From Cyanobacteria bacterium P01_D01_bin.156 (GTDB lineage Bacteria > Cyanobacteriota > Cyanobacteriia > Phormidesmidales > Phormidesmidaceae): 64,000 bases of DNA. The notes under the pieces are model-generated. The model was not told the origin of the DNA and ran no database searches. It worked only from the letters and a program-made list of their open reading frames with translations. The translations under genes were made by a program, and so were the position numbers. The stretch covers positions 64,001-128,000 of the forward strand of contig JBCCQQ010000006.1 of assembly GCA_039024555.1 (NCBI GenBank), given 5' to 3'. Positions 59,324 through 64,000 of this stretch are shown in pieces (positions within the stretch are counted from its first letter, which is position 1; the number at the start of each line of letters is the position of its first letter).

Positions 59324-61351
59324 TTAGCTGGCGGCCACTTCAGCAACAATCTTTTCCTTGAGTCTTTCAGGAACGGCATTCAGGTGATCGTACTGCCAGC
59401 TAAAGAAACCTACACCCATGCTGAGCGATCGCAACTCTAAAATTAGGGTTTGCATTTCTGCCACAGGCAACTGGGCTGAGACATCATCCCAACCGGGCCA
59501 GTTTTCCTTGTTGTCATAGCCCATTACCTGACCACGACGACCGCTAATTAGGGTTAACACATTGGAGGTAAATCGATTGGGAACCGATACCGACAGTGAG
59601 GCAATAGGTTCTAACAGGGTGGGCTGACAATCGGGCAAGCCGCTTTGCATGGCAATCCGAGCCGCCTGCTTAAAGGCTTGGTCGGAACTATCTACATGGT
59701 GATAAGACCCATTTTTGAGGGTAACGGAAACATCCACGACAGGAAAACCCAGTGGTCCCTGTTTGAGAAATTCTCGTACGCCGGTTTCGACGCTAGGAAT
59801 ATACTGTTTAGGCACAACGCCGCCAACAATTTTCTCAGCAAATTTAAATCCTTCTCCTCTTGGTAGGGGATTAATGTCGATGTAGATATCACCAAATTGT
59901 CCGTGGCCACCGGTTTGATGCTTATAGCGCCCTCGAATATCGGATTTGGCATGGCGGATGGTTTCTTTGTAAGCCACCTGGGGAGTGTGGGTGCTCATGG
60001 GCACATTGTATTTGCGCCGTAGCCAGTCCATGGCGATTTTTAGATGTACGTCGCCCTGACCCCACAAAATAACTTCGTGGGTGTCGCCATGCTGCTCCCA
60101 ATGAAGGGCAGGATCTTCTTCCACTAGTTTATTGAGGGCACCGCTGAGTTTTACTTCGTCGTTGCGGTTTTCAGCGGTTACAGCCAGGGAATACACGGCG
60201 GGTAAAATGTCTGCTTTTGGCAGGATTTTACTGGTTTCTGTGGTGCTGAGGGTGTCACCGGTTTTAGCGTTTTCTAAGCGAGCGATCGCAACGATGCTAC
60301 CGGCTTCCGCCGCACTCAGACTTTGTTGTTGATTGCCCATCAGGGAGTACAAGCCCCCCATGCGGTCTTCTCTAAGGCTGGCTCCATCTTTCAGGGTGCC
60401 GCGCCACAGCCTTGCTAAAGATAGTTTTCCTCCCTGGGGACTGTAATAGGTTTTTAGAATTTGTACCAGAGGCTCGTTTGATTTGATGTCAATGCCTCGC
60501 CGTTCAGCAGTAACTTGCGGTTCTGGAGTTTCTCTTACCAGCGCATCCAATAGGGGGCGTACGCCATAGTCTTGGGAAGCCACACCAACAAAGACGGGCA
60601 CCACCAAATCTGCGCCCAGCTCCATTTTTAGATCCTGGATAATTTCATCTTCAGGAGGATCAATTTCTTCTAGCAGTTCTTCTAACAGGTGGTCGTCAAA
60701 GTCTGCCAGGGTTTCTAGCATTTCTGTACGGGCCGCTTTTTCTTCCTCGGCTAACTCCTCGGGCAGTGGTACCGGATCGGCGGCAGCGCCTGCATGATAG
60801 TGATAGGCCTGTTCACTCACAAGGTCGATAAAACCGACTAAATCTTCTCCAAAGCCAATGGGATATTGGTGAGGAACCAAGGGACGGCTGGAGACAGATT
60901 TCAACGCATCGAGGACTTCTGCAAAGGGCGCACTGGCTCGATCCATTTTGTTGAGATAGAGGACGTGGGGAATTTCCCACTTATCGAGGAAGTGCAGCAG
61001 CGGTGATACGGTAAGCACGCGACTAGGATTCGGTTCGCACACCACAATGGCGGCATCTACTCCCATCAGGACATGAAGTGGTTCCTGGAGTAGTTCGATG
61101 GAACCAGGGCAGTCGAGGAATGTAAAACGAATGCCGCCGTACTCAGTACAGGCGGCATTCGTTTCAACCGTCATTTGGCGATTGCGAGCTTCGGGCGTAT
61201 GGTCACCAGTCGTATTGCCCTCTGGGATGGAGCCCTTACGTGAAATTGCACCAGTGACCGAAAGCAGACTCTCAAGTAATGTTGTTTTTCCACTTGAGTA
61301 AGGACCCACAATCGCCACGTTTCGTGAACGAGAGACAGCGGCTTTTGCCAT
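59324..61351 (-). CDS. fusA: Elongation factor G paralogue (EF-G2-like)
   Basis: GPYSSGKTT, DCPG, NKMD, EEDP, KHQTGGHGQFG, GSYHHVDSS. The divergent G1 motif indicates a secondary copy. Confidence 0.88.
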   Translation of the reverse strand: MAKAAVSRSRNVAIVGPYSSGKTTLLESLLSVTGAISRKGSIPEGNTTGDHTPEARNRQMTVETNAACTEYGGIRFTFLDCPGSIELLQEPLHVLMGVDAAIVVCEPNPSRVLTVSPLLHFLDKWEIPHVLYLNKMDRASAPFAEVLDALKSVSSRPLVPHQYPIGFGEDLVGFIDLVSEQAYHYHAGAAADPVPLPEELAEEEKAARTEMLETLADFDDHLLEELLEEIDPPEDEIIQDLKMELGADLVVPVFVGVASQDYGVRPLLDALVRETPEPQVTAERRGIDIKSNEPLVQILKTYYSPQGGKLSLARLWRGTLKDGASLREDRMGGLYSLMGNQQQSLSAAEAGSIVAIARLENAKTGDTLSTTETSKILPKADILPAVYSLAVTAENRNDEVKLSGALNKLVEEDPALHWEQHGDTHEVILWGQGDVHLKIAMDWLRRKYNVPMSTHTPQVAYKETIRHAKSDIRGRYKHQTGGHGQFGDIYIDINPLPRGEGFKFAEKIVGGVVPKQYIPSVETGVREFLKQGPLGFPVVDVSVTLKNGSYHHVDSSDQAFKQAARIAMQSGLPDCQPTLLEPIASLSVSVPNRFTSNVLTLISGRRGQVMGYDNKENWPGWDDVSAQLPVAEMQTLILELRSLSMGVGFFSWQYDHLNAVPERLKEKIVAEVAAS

Positions 61352-61734
61352 AGGTTTACCCCTTTTCATTATAAAGAGAAGACTATTGGCCAAGCTCAGA
61401 TTGGATTTTCTAGGTTATGGGACGTCTGAACTTGTAGAGCAGGGGAGAATACCTCTCAACGGATAGTGTGGGCAAAATCAAAGGTTAAGAATGTGCTGAT
61501 CCCCTGGAATATATTGCTAGCCTAGCGCTGCTACAAGTCTCCAATAACAAGGTGTTTGAAAAAGTTCACCAGGTTAAGAAGCGTAAGGGGGTTTGAAGTT
61601 TTTAGGTTTAACTGTTGAGTTTTGAAATAGACACTAACTCAACACAGAATGATTTCTCAATGTAAAATTCGGAATTTTGAAGTTTCTCCATTTCTGAACT
61701 CTGATTTCCAAACTCCGAATTCTGTCTCACCAGA

Positions 61735-61851
61735 CTATTTCCAGTTGTTGTTAACGCCAATCAAGTTGCCAAACAGCATAATAAAGCCACTGATTGAAAT
61801 GATGACGGCCAGAATCACGAAAATGCCATCGTAGGCGGCTAGGTCTTCCAT
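61735..61851 (-). CDS. 38-aa single-TM small protein
   Basis: MEDLAAYDGIFVILAVIISISGFIMLFGNLIGVNNNWK*. Below the ORF-track length cutoff. Confidence 0.55.
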   Translation of the reverse strand: MEDLAAYDGIFVILAVIISISGFIMLFGNLIGVNNNWK

Positions 61852-62098
61852 GGTGCTGCTCTGAATTTTCTACTTCTATAGTTTAGAGGTCAGGGTAGCG
61901 TTAAGGGCACGCTACCCTCCGAATTAATCGATGATGGTGTCGCTGTAGTGAGTGGTATTTATAATCTACGCGGTTGGTTAATGGCCAGACGCTAAGTATG
62001 GTAAACGCTTACCCCTTAGATGGCTCCAGCAAAATATCGAATAGGGCTTGTTTGCTGATGCTAAGCCAAAGAAATAATTGAATGCTGGATGTTGACAG

Positions 62099-63100
62099 CT
62101 AGAGATTCCCCTGGGGAGGAATTGGCCTTGAGCACTCAATTAGATTTATCAGGGTGACTTCCCACACTAACCGGGGCTGCACATAGCGCAGTAGTTGCTT
62201 CCTGGCGAGTTCCAGCTGTTGCATCCCCTGGGCATATCTCTGCTGCCAGCGGTTTTGCTGCAGATATTCTAATAACCATAGCTGGGATTCGGGCTCTAGG
62301 GTTTGGGTAATTTGGCGGGCTAGGGTCAGGGCTTGACGCACATCTGGCAGGGGCTGAGTAACTTGATAGATTAGATCTGGAGGAATGGTTTGTAACTGTT
62401 GCCAACTTGAGATCGCACTGCCCGGACTGCCCTGGGCCAAACCTAGTACTTCGGCTGACTCCAAAATATCGCCATGGCCTGTTTGGGTAAGGACTTGGGT
62501 CAAATCAGCCGGGCTTAAGCGGCGAAAAGGGATGGTTTGACATCGAGAAATTAGCGTTGGTAATAAGGTCTGCTGATCCGGGGCCATCAAAATCAATGTT
62601 GCCTGACCGGGTTCTTCCAGGGTTTTGAGTAAACCATTAGCAGCAGCTTCTGCAATTAGTTCCGCTGCTTCAATTACTACCACTGAACGAGTTGCTTCTA
62701 GTGGGGGGCGGCTTAAAAAACGCGCAATATCCCGAATTTGCTCTAAACGCACCTGGGGGCGTCCGCGTCGTTTTAATCCAGTTGCTTGGGCTTCGGCAAC
62801 GCTCAGCAGTTTACCCTGATGTAGATAGGTGGGTTCTACCCACATCAGATCAGGATGGTTGCGGGACTCAATGCGACGTTTCAGGTTATTTGAGGAACTA
62901 TGTCCATCCTGTAACAATAGGGTAGTGAAAGCGGTTGCCACCAGACTACGTCCTATACCTGCAGGTCCAACAAATAAATATCCTGGCGCAATCCGTTGCC
63001 TGATAGTTGCTTGTACCAGCAGCTCAATTGCCTGAGATTGACCAACTACATGGGCGAATGTCTGCAGCAGCAATGATTTATTGGGTGATGTTACGGACAT
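62099..63100 (-). CDS. holB: DNA polymerase III subunit delta'
   Basis: YLFVGPAGIGR, NHPDL, AANGLLKTLEEP, LLPTLISRCQ; directly after tmk. Confidence 0.93.
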   Translation of the reverse strand: MSVTSPNKSLLLQTFAHVVGQSQAIELLVQATIRQRIAPGYLFVGPAGIGRSLVATAFTTLLLQDGHSSSNNLKRRIESRNHPDLMWVEPTYLHQGKLLSVAEAQATGLKRRGRPQVRLEQIRDIARFLSRPPLEATRSVVVIEAAELIAEAAANGLLKTLEEPGQATLILMAPDQQTLLPTLISRCQTIPFRRLSPADLTQVLTQTGHGDILESAEVLGLAQGSPGSAISSWQQLQTIPPDLIYQVTQPLPDVRQALTLARQITQTLEPESQLWLLEYLQQNRWQQRYAQGMQQLELARKQLLRYVQPRLVWEVTLINLIECSRPIPPQGNL

Positions 63101-63101
63101 A

Positions 63102-63758
63102 CTAAAGGCCATACCATGATTGCAAGTGCTGAGAGACAATGGCTTGAATTTGTTTAGCCACATCTGTTTGGGTTAGGCTAGCATCCACGGTCACAAACCC
63201 ATTCGCTTGGGCCGCAAACCCCTGATGTACCCGACGATGGAACTCAAGACCAGCCTGTTCGATGCGGTCTGCTTTTCCCCGTGCACTCATTCGAGCCAAG
63301 CCCTGTTCCACATCTATTTTTAACCAGAGGGTGAGGTCGCTGGTCAGACCTCCGGTGGCAATGGCATTGAGCTGTTTAATCAGGTCTAAATTTAGCTGAC
63401 GACCATAGCCTTGGTAGGCAATCGTGGAAGCGATATAGCGATCGCACAGAACTAAATGACCGTTTTCCAGTGCAGGTAACAGGATTTGTGCCACATGCTG
63501 AGCGCGATCAGCTGCGTATAACAATAGCTCTGATGTACTGAAAAGAGACTCTGAGTCTGACGAAGGAGTCAGCAATATTTGCCTAATGTGTTGGCCAATA
63601 CTAGTACCACCAGGCTGACGGGTGATCGTCACACCCGTTGGACAGTTGGCTAATGGACAGTCAGTCAAGATGGGGAGCAACCACCGATATAAATCTTGAA
63701 GCTGAGTGGTTTTTCCACTTCCTTCGATACCTTCAAAGACGATGAATTTACCACGCAT
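63102..63758 (-). CDS. tmk: Thymidylate kinase
   Basis: FEGIEGSGKTT, LLYAADRAQH, CDRY..STIAYQG. Confidence 0.96.
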   Translation of the reverse strand: MRGKFIVFEGIEGSGKTTQLQDLYRWLLPILTDCPLANCPTGVTITRQPGGTSIGQHIRQILLTPSSDSESLFSTSELLLYAADRAQHVAQILLPALENGHLVLCDRYIASTIAYQGYGRQLNLDLIKQLNAIATGGLTSDLTLWLKIDVEQGLARMSARGKADRIEQAGLEFHRRVHQGFAAQANGFVTVDASLTQTDVAKQIQAIVSQHLQSWYGL

Positions 63759-63773
63759 TAGTCAGTCTAAAAT

Positions 63774-63807
63774 TCTGATTGCCAACACTGTCTGATTGCC
63801 AACATTG
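63774..63807. repeat. 17-bp tandem direct repeat upstream of tmk
   Basis: TCTGATTGCCAACACTG TCTGATTGCCAACATTG. Confidence 0.8.
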
Positions 63808-64000
63808 TGAGAATAGAAATACGTATTCAAGAATTTCAATAATACTTTTATACGGCAATCCCTATGGGGACGCAGCTTATAATGCCCGTGGCTTCAAAGG
63901 ATAACTATTGTGTTTTCTAGACAGCTAAATAGCCTTAGAGTACTCTAACTATTGTGTACGTGTAAATGGCAAGGTCTTGAATTACACAGATATCAATTTA

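Noticed and set aside
1..64000. CRISPR array, rRNA or tRNA genes
   Set aside because: No regularly spaced repeat-spacer units or recognisable structural RNA genes were seen by eye.

Overview
Chromosomal window from a cyanobacterium, probably filamentous (recurrent HIP1 GCGATCGC sites, vipp1, hps locus, GUN4- and NACHT-domain proteins, HstK-type kinase). Housekeeping genes (mug, RhlE-like helicase, dapL-like, vipp1, nrdJ, htpG, rpmB, EF-G paralogue, holB, tmk) are mixed with accessory modules: an ECF sigma/anti-sigma/RTX cassette, a three-gene kinase cascade, an NfeD-flotillin operon and a hormogonium-polysaccharide locus with two sulfotransferases. The best candidate for an undescribed system is at 9550-12680. 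A NACHT-GUN4 gene ends in an adenine-poor G/T homopolymer-rich segment followed by a tail that gives a short GUN4-like C-terminus in all three reading frames (stops 7 nt apart), and it converges on a RAYT-type HUH/Y1 transposase. This suggests a diversifying or phase-variable C-terminus, but variability cannot be shown from one copy. Features missed by the ORF track include four copies of a 91-bp inverted-repeat element, a methyltransferase pseudogene, a 30-aa mini-ORF duplicating a flotillin membrane anchor, a 38-aa membrane ORF, tandem ECF-type promoters, NrdR boxes and a K-box. No rRNA, tRNA or CRISPR array was seen. All calls come from reading the sequence by eye, without database searches.
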